Shown here: positions 1 to 8,505 of the stretch, piece after piece
How positions within the stretch are numbered: position 1 is the first letter of the stretch
Layout: every line of letters begins with the position of its first letter
Translations under genes and position numbers: made by a program
The notes under the pieces: generated by a model
Database searches by the model: none
The model's input: only the letters and a program-made list of their open reading frames with translations
What the model was told of the DNA's origin: nothing
DNA from: a bacterium
GTDB lineage: Bacteria > UBP7 > UBA6624 > JBBIMK01
DNA: 32,000 nucleotides
Reading direction: 5' to 3'
Assembly (NCBI GenBank): GCA_037444445.1
Contig: JBBIMK010000022.1
Coordinates: 1,014-33,013 of the forward strand

Positions 1-303
1 CCACAGGAGTGTGATTGGTACGACATTGTTTGTGGTTGTATTTCTACATGGGGAATGGCCGGCGGGGTGGGAACCGCGGCTGGGACTATCGGTAAGGCAA
101 TCATAACAGGTGGAAAATTTGCAGCAAGAGCATTTTGGCCGGCGGCCGCAGTAGGAGGAGGACTTGCGCTGATCTGCATGCTGCTCAATTATTTGGCGCT
201 CTGTGACTACGAATCGCCCCCTACCGAGTATAGTCCTGGTATCCCTGTTCCCTGCCCTGACTGCGATCGTGAATACAGCATTCCTTACTTATCGATACCA
301 TAG
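1..303 (+). CDS. hypothetical Gly/Cys-rich small membrane-associated protein; 5' end possibly outside window
   Basis: Frame 1 has no stop from base 1 to the ATG at 55, and there is no spaced SD before 55, so the ORF may continue upstream. Stop at 301-303. Gly-zipper-like GGVGTAAGTIGKAIITGG, then hydrophobic AAAVGGGLALICMLLNYLAL, then a Cys/Pro-rich tail (PCPDCD). No family recognised. Confidence 0.4.
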   Translation, partial: PQECDWYDIVCGCISTWGMAGGVGTAAGTIGKAIITGGKFAARAFWPAAAVGGGLALICMLLNYLALCDYESPPTEYSPGIPVPCPDCDREYSIPYLSIP

Positions 304-361
304 TGGACGAAAACTTGTGTTATGTAAGTGAAATAGTATCGGTGTATAAGGGGCCTCGCTC

Positions 362-1186
362 ATGATAATCGAGGAGTTTTTCATCCAGACACCCACTCCA
401 ATTCATATACGGGAAAATAGCATGTTCTGGTCAATCATAGCAGTTCTTTTCTTGCTTGGTCTGGCGCTATGGGCGGTGGGTTGCAACTATTTTTCTCAGC
501 CCTTTACCCCGCGTTCTTCCAAATGGCTACCTGCCTCATTCCATCCTGAAAACTGGACGCTTGTTGAAAAATTGTTCTTCTTGTCCTTCAATTCTCCACT
601 CTACTCAGCCGGATATTTGTGGATAGTGTTCATAGTGACTGGGGTGTTATTCCCCGAGCAACTTGATGGTCAGAACGTTGAAAAGGTTATGGAATATGTA
701 GGCGTCGTTTTCGTAATTACCAATTTGGCAATGCCCTGGTTAGTTGGTTTTTCCCTTGAAAATCTGAAAAGGCCTTTGCACTCTGCCATCCCCTCTCCTT
801 TTCCTTTCGCGACTCTTTTGAGCCTGTGCGTATTCACCTGGAGCGTTTACTTCGTAGGTAAGCATACGGATATTACACTGCAGAGGTCGCTCCTCATTGG
901 AGCCATTCTATGCTTTTTATGGGCTTTTGTTCTGGCCATGATCGTAAAGAATTTTCTCGTTGAGATAGCAAGAGACCTTCCCAAATTGCCTAATTCTATC
1001 GCTGGCATGTTATTCATCATTCTTTTATTCGGAGCCTTCTTCTTGGTTACAGTAAGTTTCAAAATAGTCAGTTTTATTCCATTTTGGTCCCTCACAGTGG
1101 TCAATTTTGGGTTCACATTTCCTGTGCTCTTAAACAGTCTATATCAATCCTATCTGCAAGCATCTGCAAAGCGAGAAAAAATGTGA
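362..1186 (+). CDS. polytopic integral membrane protein, unknown family
   Basis: 274-aa ORF with about 7-8 hydrophobic helices (FWSIIAVLFLLGLALWAVG, LLIGAILCFLWAFVLAMIV, IAGMLFIILLFGAFFLVTVSF and others). No catalytic motif recognised. Clearly AT-richer than neighbouring genes. Alternative start ATG at 422. Confidence 0.6.
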   Translation: MIIEEFFIQTPTPIHIRENSMFWSIIAVLFLLGLALWAVGCNYFSQPFTPRSSKWLPASFHPENWTLVEKLFFLSFNSPLYSAGYLWIVFIVTGVLFPEQLDGQNVEKVMEYVGVVFVITNLAMPWLVGFSLENLKRPLHSAIPSPFPFATLLSLCVFTWSVYFVGKHTDITLQRSLLIGAILCFLWAFVLAMIVKNFLVEIARDLPKLPNSIAGMLFIILLFGAFFLVTVSFKIVSFIPFWSLTVVNFGFTFPVLLNSLYQSYLQASAKREKM

Positions 1187-1241
1187 TGGGGAAACTCCGG
1201 GGCCAGCATTTCTTTTAAGCCCTTTTTCTGTTCTTGAGCGA

Positions 1242-1259
1242 GGCTCGGGGTTCCGAGCC
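1242..1259. terminator. GC-rich hairpin between convergent genes (possible terminator)
   Basis: ggctcgg-ggtt-ccgagcc gives a 7-bp perfect stem with a 4-nt loop. It lies between the stop of 362-1186 (+) and the stop of 1346-2449 (-). No U-tract follows on either strand, so function is uncertain. Confidence 0.25.
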
Positions 1260-1296
1260 GGGTTCGGGACTTCTCTACCTCATCTCACACCTGAAG

Positions 1297-1319
1297 TTTT
1301 TGGGGGCTGACCCCGGAAA
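1297..1319. repeat. degenerate remnant of the GGGGTCTGACCCC REP family
   Basis: tttttgggggctgaccccggaaa. The core ggggctgacccc matches the REP core minus one base, and the T-rich/A-rich flanks are retained. The outer AATAA arms are absent. Intergenic. Confidence 0.4.
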
Positions 1320-1345
1320 TGCTCCTTCCACTGACTTCATAAAAT

Positions 1346-2449
1346 CTAAAGGGCGGTAAAGAGAGTGTCTATATCCGATGGCTCAATGACGAAATGGGGG
1401 GAAAAGCGAATCCATCCATCCCGAAGGGAGCAGAAGATGCCCTTCTCTTGCAGGCTTTGATAAACCGCTTCTGCGGATGGGTGAGAGGGGCGAGCGGAAA
1501 GGATTCCCGATGTAGTTTTCCCCGCCCCACCCGTTAGAATCTCCCATCCTCTTTGCATCAAGCCATTCTGAAGATGCTGGGTGAGGGATAAAATCAGTCT
1601 CTCCCGCTCTTCCGGGGCTGTCTGGAGCAAGAAGGAAAGGCTTTCGTGCATGCCATAGAAGCCGGGGAGGTTACGGGTTCCCGCCTCAAAGCGGGCGGCA
1701 CTGGGTTTCCAGGCGCGTAAGCCACCGAGGTTGGAAAAACTTGCCCACGGGACGCTGAGCCAGCCGAGGAGGGCTGGCTTCAGATGAGGTAAAATCTCCC
1801 GCCGAATATATAAAAAACCCGTTCCCTTTGGCGAAAGGAGCCACTTTCCCCCGCCGGAGGCAAAGAAGTCAACTCCAGCAGAGCGGATGTCCAGATTTAG
1901 AGCCCCCACACCCTGCATCGCGTCCACCACAAAGAAAATCCCCCTTTCCCTGCATACCTTTCCAATGACTTCCAGGTCCACACGATAGCCGGTTAAAAAA
2001 TGAACCCAATCCACCGTGATGGCTCGGGTTTTGGAGTCCACTTTTTCTAAGATTGCCTCCTCCAGCCCGGGTGCATAAAGATGGTCCACAAACCTCAGTT
2101 CCACCTGCCCCTGAAGCACCAGCCAGGGATACAGGTTAGATGGAAAGGAGGAGCGAGGAAGGATGAGGTTGTCACCCTCCTCCCAGGGGATGGAAGTCAG
2201 GGCGATATGGAGGCCGGTGGTAGTATTGGGAGTGAGGGCAATTTCATCTTCATCAGCGGAAATGAGGGTTGCCAGCATTTTCCTCACGGAGCCTAATTGG
2301 GCTTCCCACTCTTCCTTGGGCACCTCTCCGATTTCAGAAGTGCGTAGCAGGTGCTGATGAACGGCTTGAAGCGTCCTGCGGGAGAGAAGCCCCGTGGATG
2401 CGAAATTCAAGTATACCTGCCCCGGGGGAAATAAAAAATCCCCCTTCAT
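1346..2449 (-). CDS. class V aminotransferase / cysteine desulfurase-like PLP-dependent enzyme
   Basis: 367-aa ORF. Shows the fold-type I class V pattern FFVVDAMQGVGALNLD...DFFASGGGKWLLSPKGTGFLYIRRE, with the candidate PLP lysine in GGKW. AAGGAG lies upstream of the ATG. Confidence 0.75.
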   Translation of the reverse strand: MKGDFLFPPGQVYLNFASTGLLSRRTLQAVHQHLLRTSEIGEVPKEEWEAQLGSVRKMLATLISADEDEIALTPNTTTGLHIALTSIPWEEGDNLILPRSSFPSNLYPWLVLQGQVELRFVDHLYAPGLEEAILEKVDSKTRAITVDWVHFLTGYRVDLEVIGKVCRERGIFFVVDAMQGVGALNLDIRSAGVDFFASGGGKWLLSPKGTGFLYIRREILPHLKPALLGWLSVPWASFSNLGGLRAWKPSAARFEAGTRNLPGFYGMHESLSFLLQTAPEERERLILSLTQHLQNGLMQRGWEILTGGAGKTTSGILSARPSHPSAEAVYQSLQEKGIFCSLRDGWIRFSPHFVIEPSDIDTLFTAL

Positions 2450-2583
2450 AAAAAGGACATCTCCTTACAGTACAAACCCATCACACAATAAGAAGCGAGG
2501 AGTAAGAGAATGGGAAGGAGTGGAGACGGTAAAATCTCCTGCCATAAACCACCCTCCATTTACCGCTACTTATGAGCATTTCA

Positions 2584-3096
2584 CTACCCATAATAGAGGT
2601 GGCATTGAGCCTTATGCTTTTTACACCTGGCGTTAAAGCGGTAGTAGTGCCCTCGCCAGCGGAAGGTGAGAGTTCCATCTCCGTTGTGGGCGAGATGGGA
2701 CTCTTCCCCATTATTATCCCCTATACCGACGATGAAAAGAAGGGGAGAATGGGAGTCGTTGCGGAACCATTCCAGGTCAGCCTCTGAAGGGCCCCAGGAC
2801 TTTTGCCCGTTGACTTCCGGGTGGGAATGGTAGAAGCCGAGGAAGCGGAGGTGAAGGGTTTCAGCAAGCGTCCTCGTCCGGCGATATGCCCGCTTCTCCT
2901 CGGTGAAGGTGAACCAGGTTCGCTTTCGCTGCCCTCCTTTATACGCCCTTGCGGCAATAACCCGATACCCAGCGCCTTTCACCCACCGTCCAAACAGCAT
3001 TCCTACACGCTCTTCCTTATATTTCGCACAATACCCCCGTCGGGAATGAAGGGCAATTTTATCCAGAATCCCCGGGGCGAAAAAAATTCGGCACAT
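2584..3096 (-). CDS. JAB/MPN (JAMM) domain metalloprotease
   Basis: 170-aa ORF. Conserved Glu in KEERVGMLFG. JAMM zinc motif HSHPEVNGQKSWGPSEAD (HxH...PSxxD). Strong SD AGGAGG 7 nt upstream of the ATG. Confidence 0.7.
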   Translation of the reverse strand: MCRIFFAPGILDKIALHSRRGYCAKYKEERVGMLFGRWVKGAGYRVIAARAYKGGQRKRTWFTFTEEKRAYRRTRTLAETLHLRFLGFYHSHPEVNGQKSWGPSEADLEWFRNDSHSPLLFIVGIGDNNGEESHLAHNGDGTLTFRWRGHYYRFNARCKKHKAQCHLYYG

Positions 3097-3231
3097 CTCT
3101 CTCCCTCCTCACTACCCCTTATTTTACCACTGGAAGTCAAAGCAGGGTAGAAGGATGCTTTCAAGATACAGGCAGAGACTCGGAGGCATCAGGTTCTCCC
3201 CTGCACGGCTTTCCTGTATAATGGAGTCAGG

Positions 3232-3897
3232 ATGGCAGAAGCGGGTATCGCCACTGAGATTCAGGGTTTGACGAAGCGATATGGTGTTCTCTACGCCCTT
3301 CAAAATCTCACAGAGTCGGTGAAGAAGGGGGAATTTATCTGTATTCTGGGTCCCAATGGGGCAGGGAAAACGACTTTATTGAAAATCCTTTCTACGCTGG
3401 CGAAGCCTACCTCTGGAAGAGCCATTATTTTCGGGAATGATGTGGTGGAAGAGCCGGAGAAAGTTCGGGCATCCCTGCGTTACCTCTCTCACCAGCCGGG
3501 GCTGTATGAGGAGTTCACCCCACTGGAAAATCTCTGGTTTTACGGGGGGTTGTACGGGGTGAAGGCTGGCAAAAAGGAGTATAAGCAAGCCCTGGAAAAT
3601 TTCGGTCTATCCGCGAGAAGCCAGGACCGGGTCAGGGGCTTCTCCAGAGGGATGAAGCAGAGGCTGGCTCTGGCACGGGTGTTCCTGGATCCACCGCCTC
3701 TCCTCCTCCTGGATGAGCCCTACACAGGGTTGGACTCAGAGGGGGCTCAAATCCTTCAAAAAATGCTGGAGACATATCATCAGAGTGAAGGGACGGTGCT
3801 GATGAGCACTCACCACCCGGAGGGTGAAATCCCACCTTTCTCTCGCGTCTGGCGTCTGGAAAAGGGATGCCTCACCGGCGCCCCCAACTCATTATGA
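3232..3897 (+). CDS. ccmA: heme exporter ABC ATPase CcmA
   Basis: Walker A GPNGAGKTT, signature-like FSRGMKQRLALAR, Walker B LLLLDEP. About 220 aa and first in a ccmA-B-C-D gene order. GGAG lies 5 nt upstream of the ATG. Confidence 0.8.
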   Translation: MAEAGIATEIQGLTKRYGVLYALQNLTESVKKGEFICILGPNGAGKTTLLKILSTLAKPTSGRAIIFGNDVVEEPEKVRASLRYLSHQPGLYEEFTPLENLWFYGGLYGVKAGKKEYKQALENFGLSARSQDRVRGFSRGMKQRLALARVFLDPPPLLLLDEPYTGLDSEGAQILQKMLETYHQSEGTVLMSTHHPEGEIPPFSRVWRLEKGCLTGAPNSL

Positions 3898-3930
3898 GAA
3901 AAATACCTGCCACTAACCAGTTGAACCAGT

Positions 3931-4602
3931 ATGTTCCGAATCCTGCGAATCCTGCTGATTAAGGACCTTCTCATGGAGGCACGGGGTAAGGAAATTCTCG
4001 TGGCATCCATCGTTTTTGCCCTTCTCTTCCTCTTTCTGCTTTATTTTGCCCTCCCCATCACTCAATCGCCGATAGAATCCACCAACGGTGCTTTCTGGGT
4101 GGTAGTTTTCTTCGCTTCTACCCTCGCCTTCTCCAGAAGTTTTGCGAAGGAAAGGGACACGGGGTCGCTGGAAACCCTTCTTCTGGCTCCGGTGGATAGG
4201 AGCCTGATTTTCATCTCCAAAGCCCTCTCCAATCTCATCTTTGTGGCGTTCGTCATTACCATCGCCCTGCCTGCATTCGCTATCTTCTACAACTTTTCTT
4301 TTCTTCCCGTGCTTCTTCCGTTCTTAGGTATTGTGACGGTCACCACGGTGGGGCTGGTGACAGCGGGAACCTTTATGGGCACTCTCACCATGCAATCCAG
4401 AGCCAGGGAAATGCTACTTCTGTTGCTTCTTTTCCCCCTGCTTATCCCGCTGTTTATGGGTGCGGTGAATGCCTCCGCCACGCTCCTGAAAGCCGGCTCA
4501 ACGGAGGAAGCCACTTCCACCTGGAGGTGGATTTTCTTCTTCTTTGACCTGTTCCTCCCCGCCCTCATGGTTGTTCTGTTTGACTTCCTCGTGGAAGAAT
4601 GA
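3931..4602 (+). CDS. ccmB: heme exporter membrane protein CcmB
   Basis: 223 aa with about six hydrophobic segments, located between ccmA and ccmC. Called from size, topology and synteny rather than a diagnostic motif. Confidence 0.65.
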   Translation: MFRILRILLIKDLLMEARGKEILVASIVFALLFLFLLYFALPITQSPIESTNGAFWVVVFFASTLAFSRSFAKERDTGSLETLLLAPVDRSLIFISKALSNLIFVAFVITIALPAFAIFYNFSFLPVLLPFLGIVTVTTVGLVTAGTFMGTLTMQSRAREMLLLLLLFPLLIPLFMGAVNASATLLKAGSTEEATSTWRWIFFFFDLFLPALMVVLFDFLVEE

Positions 4603-4666
4603 GAAAAGAGCGGGAAGAGAGGGGGGAGAAAAAGGGTAGAATAAAAGAAGGGAAGGTGAAAAACAG

Positions 4667-5344
4667 ATGAAATCACACGCCATCGGGTATGTGGTGGCAG
4701 GGATTTTCGCCCTGCTCAGTCTTTTACTTTTTCCTTTTGCTTTTTATCAGTCGCTGGTGAAAGCCCCGCCGGAAGCCACTATGGGTCATGCCATGCGCAT
4801 CTTTTACATCCACTTTCCCATGGCAATCCTCACCTTCACCGGCTACGGCGCCTGCGCTCTTTTTTCTTTTGTCTATCTATGGAAGCGAACCCCTGAACTG
4901 GATGTTCTGGCTGTGGCGGGTGCAGAAGTGGGCGTGCTGTTTAACACCCTCGTCCTCGCCACAGGTATGATATGGGCAAAATACGCCTGGGGAACCTGGT
5001 GGACCTGGGATCCGCGTCTGACTGCCACCTTCATCCTCTGGTTTTTATTCATCGGCTATCACCTGTTAAGGGCGAGCCTGGAAAACCCGGAGGTTCGGGC
5101 GCGATTCTCCGCCGTCCTCGCTATTCTCGCCACCCTGGACATTCCCATCATCTTCCTATCCGTCCGCATCTGGCGCGGAATCCACCCCAATGTCCTTCAG
5201 GGTCCCAATAAAATTCAGATGGAGCCTGCAATGATTCAAGCCTGGTTGACTTCTCTTCTTGCCTTCTGGATTTTTGGGCTGGCTATTCTCATCTTTCGCT
5301 CCCTGCTCGGACTTCAGGAATTGCAAAGAAAACCTGTTCCTTAA
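4667..5344 (+). CDS. ccmC: heme exporter / heme lyase subunit CcmC
   Basis: 225 aa. Tryptophan-rich WWD motif WGTWWTWDPRLTA with flanking His residues (IHFPMA, RGIHPN) and a multi-pass membrane profile. Confidence 0.85.
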   Translation: MKSHAIGYVVAGIFALLSLLLFPFAFYQSLVKAPPEATMGHAMRIFYIHFPMAILTFTGYGACALFSFVYLWKRTPELDVLAVAGAEVGVLFNTLVLATGMIWAKYAWGTWWTWDPRLTATFILWFLFIGYHLLRASLENPEVRARFSAVLAILATLDIPIIFLSVRIWRGIHPNVLQGPNKIQMEPAMIQAWLTSLLAFWIFGLAILIFRSLLGLQELQRKPVP

Positions 5345-5360
5345 AAGGAGGAGGAAAGAA

Positions 5361-5486
5361 ATGGACCCTGCCGTGGTCAAGCAACTCCGCTTTTTAACCT
5401 GGGCTTATAGTCTTGTCTGGAGTGTTCTGGCTGTTTATCTCCTCTACCTGACTTACCGGTTATTTCAGAAGAGAGGAGGTTCGTAG
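5361..5486 (+). CDS. ccmD: CcmD-like single-pass small membrane protein
   Basis: 41-aa ORF starting at ATG 5361, preceded by AAGGAGGAGG. This is an internal start of track ORF 5259-5486. Single TM FLTWAYSLVWSVLAVYLLYL followed by a basic tail. Position immediately after ccmC. Confidence 0.5.
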   Translation: MDPAVVKQLRFLTWAYSLVWSVLAVYLLYLTYRLFQKRGGS

Positions 5487-5508
5487 CCACACCATTTTCC
5501 TGAGGGTA

Positions 5509-7401
5509 ATGCCTGACCTCAGAAGGTTATCCATCCTGCTTTTCTTCTTTCATCTTGTTTCCACCGCTTACTTTACCCAGAAGCCTTTAGATTATTTTTC
5601 CGGTGGTTGGAACCAGAAGAGCCGGTTCAATCTGGTTCGCGCCCTCGTAGAGCAGAAGACAGTTTCCATTGACGCTTACCATCTGAACACGGGGGATAAA
5701 TCTTACAGAGATGGGCATTACTATTCCGATAAAGCCCCCGGGCTTTCTGTTATAGCCTACCCCTTCTATCTTCCAATCTACTGGATAGAGCGGACATTTT
5801 TTCCGGGGGAATTGCAGAAGAACGACCCCCCCAGTGGCTTCAATCTCTGGTGGGTGACATTCTGGACGGTGATGCTTCCCTCCTCCCTTCTCGTGGTGGT
5901 TCTCTTCCGCCTCACATACCGGATCACTGGCAATCTCAGGGGGGCGTTCTGGACCGCCTTCGTCTACGGATTCGGAACACTGGCGTTTCCGTTCTCCTCC
6001 ATTTTTGTGGGGCATCAGCCCGCCGGCGCCTTCGCTTTCTTCGCCTTCGCCTCCGCTTATTATGCCTTTACATCCGATTCTCGGTGGCGCCTCCTGCTAT
6101 CGGGCTTCCTCGCCGGCCTCGCCATTGCGATAGAATTCCCCCTGACTCTTTTCTTCCTCCTCCTGCTGGGCTACATCGGTTTGAAAGCATTCAGGGAAAA
6201 ATCTTCCCCCCTATCCACCACGCTACTTTATCTCGCCGGCAGTGTGCCCGTTGCCATCTTTCTATTGACTTATAACGCAGTGGCTTTTGGAAATCCCTTT
6301 CATATTTCCTATGAATATGTGGCAAGGCCGGAATTTGCGACGGGGCAGGCAGGAGGGTTCTTTGGCTTCCACCTCCCCCGGTGGAAGACCTTCCTTCATC
6401 TTCTGATAGGACCCTATCGGGGTCTTTTCTTCTTCTCCCCCGTTCTCCTCTCCTCCTTTGCCGGCATATATAGGGGAATCAAAAAACGAACAGCCATCGC
6501 CGAAATCCTGTTTTGCTTCTCCTATTTTTTCCTCACCCTTCTACTCAATTCCGGGTATTACGCATGGGAAGGTGGGAACTTAATCGGTCCCCGGCATCTC
6601 GTGGTTTCACTCCCTTTTCTGTCAGCCTGCATATCATTTTACTTTACAGAAAGAATCAGTCCCGCTTTTTTCTTTCTCTTTCTCCTTTCCTTCCTGAATA
6701 TGACTGCCCTGCGCCTGGCAGAGATATTTCCCGAAGCCTATTACAATCCCTTATGGGATGTGGCGTATAAAGGGCTTTTCCAGGGGGAGGCGATGCCGAT
6801 AATTATCCCGGCGCTGAAGGGCTTTACCGCTATTCTTCCTTTGCTTGCCCTCCTGCTGATGATGTTTCAATTTCTTCACCGAGAGCATCTGCTCCAATTC
6901 TCTGATTTTGCAGGTGTGGCGGTGTCTACTGAAACCTTTTATGCCATCCTGTATGTTCTTTACGGAGTCTTCCTCCTGAACCAGTCTTCGCTGTATCCTG
7001 CCCAATACCGGATACACACAGGGATTCGTTGGGTCAACGAGAAAATGTTTGAGGCAGGGTTTTTTCAGTCCTACCTGGAGAAATTGGAGCGAAACCCTGA
7101 AGATGTAGAAGCCAATGCAGTGGCGGGTTTATACTATTTTCGGAGGCATGAGTTTCAACAGGCTCTACCGTATTTAGAAAAAGCCTATCAGGGTGGAATT
7201 CACGACCCCTTCCTCTACCGGATGCTGGCAGGGGTTTATCTGATGCAAAATGAGACAGAAAAAGCCTTGAAAATCCTCCATCAATTTCTGAAGGATTTCC
7301 CCGAGAATCCCGATAGAGGGGAGGTGGAAGGGCTGATTCAACGCCTCACTTTTAGAACTCCAGCACCGGAGCCGGGTTCAGGAAATAAAAGCAAAGGATG
7401 A
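5509..7401 (+). CDS. polytopic membrane protein, GT-C/PMT_2-like glycosyltransferase fold with C-terminal TPR repeats
   Basis: 630 aa with at least 12 hydrophobic helices. First loop motif YYSDKAPGLS resembles the Asp-containing loop of GT-C (PMT/ArnT-like) enzymes. The C-terminal ~120 aa is TPR-like (ANAVAGLYYFRRHEFQQALPYLEKAYQ...MLAGVYLMQNETEKALKIL). Confidence 0.5.
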   Translation: MPDLRRLSILLFFFHLVSTAYFTQKPLDYFSGGWNQKSRFNLVRALVEQKTVSIDAYHLNTGDKSYRDGHYYSDKAPGLSVIAYPFYLPIYWIERTFFPGELQKNDPPSGFNLWWVTFWTVMLPSSLLVVVLFRLTYRITGNLRGAFWTAFVYGFGTLAFPFSSIFVGHQPAGAFAFFAFASAYYAFTSDSRWRLLLSGFLAGLAIAIEFPLTLFFLLLLGYIGLKAFREKSSPLSTTLLYLAGSVPVAIFLLTYNAVAFGNPFHISYEYVARPEFATGQAGGFFGFHLPRWKTFLHLLIGPYRGLFFFSPVLLSSFAGIYRGIKKRTAIAEILFCFSYFFLTLLLNSGYYAWEGGNLIGPRHLVVSLPFLSACISFYFTERISPAFFFLFLLSFLNMTALRLAEIFPEAYYNPLWDVAYKGLFQGEAMPIIIPALKGFTAILPLLALLLMMFQFLHREHLLQFSDFAGVAVSTETFYAILYVLYGVFLLNQSSLYPAQYRIHTGIRWVNEKMFEAGFFQSYLEKLERNPEDVEANAVAGLYYFRRHEFQQALPYLEKAYQGGIHDPFLYRMLAGVYLMQNETEKALKILHQFLKDFPENPDRGEVEGLIQRLTFRTPAPEPGSGNKSKG

Positions 7402-7417
7402 GTGGGGGAGCGCCATA

Positions 7418-8437
7418 ATGAAGCCTATCTACTGGGACAATGGCATAGTGAAATTACTGGACCAAAGGCTTTTGCCTGATAAAGAAGTTTATGTGGAAGT
7501 CAAATCGGTGAAGGAGATGGCGAACGCACTGCGAGAGATGAGAATACGGGGTGCGCCCAATGTGGGTATTGCCGGGGCGTATGGCATCGTTCTGGGCATC
7601 TGGAACTACTTCGGCTCGGTGGGTGACCTGCCGGAGGTGTACCACTCGTGGTGCGAGTGGCTTCAGAAAGCCCGCCCCACCGCCTACAACCTTGCGCGAG
7701 CCCTCTCGCTTTTCCGCCCGTTGTTCCAGCCTGAAAACCTGAGTTCTACCTCTTTATCCGAATTAAAAGAGCAATCGTTATACATCGCTCACGGGTTGGT
7801 TCAAGCAGAGGAATCCGCCTGCGAACGCATTGGGACCCACGGAGAGCGTTTGATTCCACCGCGGGGTCGCATTCTCACCCTGTGCAACACGGGGAGCCTG
7901 GCCGCTTACGGTATCGGAACTGCCCTCGGCATCATCCGGAAAGCCCATCAAGCCCGGAAAAATATCTTCGTCTGGGTGATGGAAACCCGCCCCTGGCTCC
8001 AGGGCGCCCGCCTCACCGCCTGGGAACTCCAGCAGGATAAAATCCCCTTCCGTCTGATTGTAGACTCCGTCGCCGGCCAACTGTTCAGGGAAAAGCAAGT
8101 GGATTTAGTGTTGGTGGGCGCCGACCGAATCGCCCATAACGGCGATACCGCTAACAAAATCGGCACTTACCCCCTGGCCATCCTCGCCCACTACCACGAC
8201 ATCCCCTTCTATGTGGCTGCGCCCAGAAGTACCTTTGAGACCACCCGCCACGACGGCTCCCACATCCCCATAGAAGAACGCCCGGAAGAGGAAGTCCTCA
8301 CCTTCCACGGCATCGCCGTGGCACCCCCACAAACCAGAGCCTACAACCCCGTCTTTGACATCACCCCCGCCTACCTCATCACCGCCTTCATCACCGACAC
8401 CGGCGTCTATTCTCCCTCCCAGATTCCCGCCCTCTAA
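7418..8437 (+). CDS. mtnA: S-methyl-5-thioribose-1-phosphate isomerase (eIF-2B alpha/beta/delta family)
   Basis: 339 aa. Motifs read: VKLLDQRLLP, MRIRGAPNVGIAGAYG, LTLCNTGSLA, VGADRIAHNGDTANKIGTY. These are typical of MtnA and the IF-2B family. Confidence 0.85.
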   Translation: MKPIYWDNGIVKLLDQRLLPDKEVYVEVKSVKEMANALREMRIRGAPNVGIAGAYGIVLGIWNYFGSVGDLPEVYHSWCEWLQKARPTAYNLARALSLFRPLFQPENLSSTSLSELKEQSLYIAHGLVQAEESACERIGTHGERLIPPRGRILTLCNTGSLAAYGIGTALGIIRKAHQARKNIFVWVMETRPWLQGARLTAWELQQDKIPFRLIVDSVAGQLFREKQVDLVLVGADRIAHNGDTANKIGTYPLAILAHYHDIPFYVAAPRSTFETTRHDGSHIPIEERPEEEVLTFHGIAVAPPQTRAYNPVFDITPAYLITAFITDTGVYSPSQIPAL

Positions 8438-8480
8438 AATAACTGAGATTTTGGGGTCTGACCCCATTTCCTCAATTATT
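8438..8480. repeat. REP/REPIN-like palindrome, copy 1 (arms A/A)
   Basis: aataactgag-atttt-GGGGTCTGACCCC-atttc-ctcaattatt. Starts directly after the mtnA stop (8435-8437) and lies upstream of RayT-like gene 1. Confidence 0.85.
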
Positions 8481-8505
8481 TTATAATTGAAGTAGTGAGA
8501 TAGAG

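Noticed and set aside
1241-1275. gggttcggg / ggctcggggttccgagcc region, considered as a tRNA-like T-arm.
   Set aside because: No acceptor stem, anticodon arm or GTTCGAATC-type T-loop context can be built around it. It is better explained as a simple intergenic hairpin.
2481-2711. 76-aa minus-strand ORF near the JAB gene, considered as a possible ThiS/MoaD-like ubiquitin-like partner.
   Set aside because: It overlaps the JAB coding frame, is Ser/Thr/Pro-rich rather than beta-grasp-like, and does not end in Gly-Gly.
3217-3222. TATAAT hexamer 10 nt upstream of the ccmA ATG, considered as a possible promoter.
   Set aside because: The GGAG Shine-Dalgarno (3223-3226) lies downstream of it, where the TSS would fall. 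No acceptable -35 lies 16-18 nt upstream (ttctcc). The two readings conflict, so I do not call a promoter.
5587-6275. ORFs 5587-6015 (-) and 5850-6275 (+) inside the GT-C-like gene. Similar short ORFs occur inside ccmA, ccmB, ccmC and the aminotransferase gene.
   Set aside because: They are nested in longer ORFs that have recognisable motifs or topology. They have no SD and no family features.
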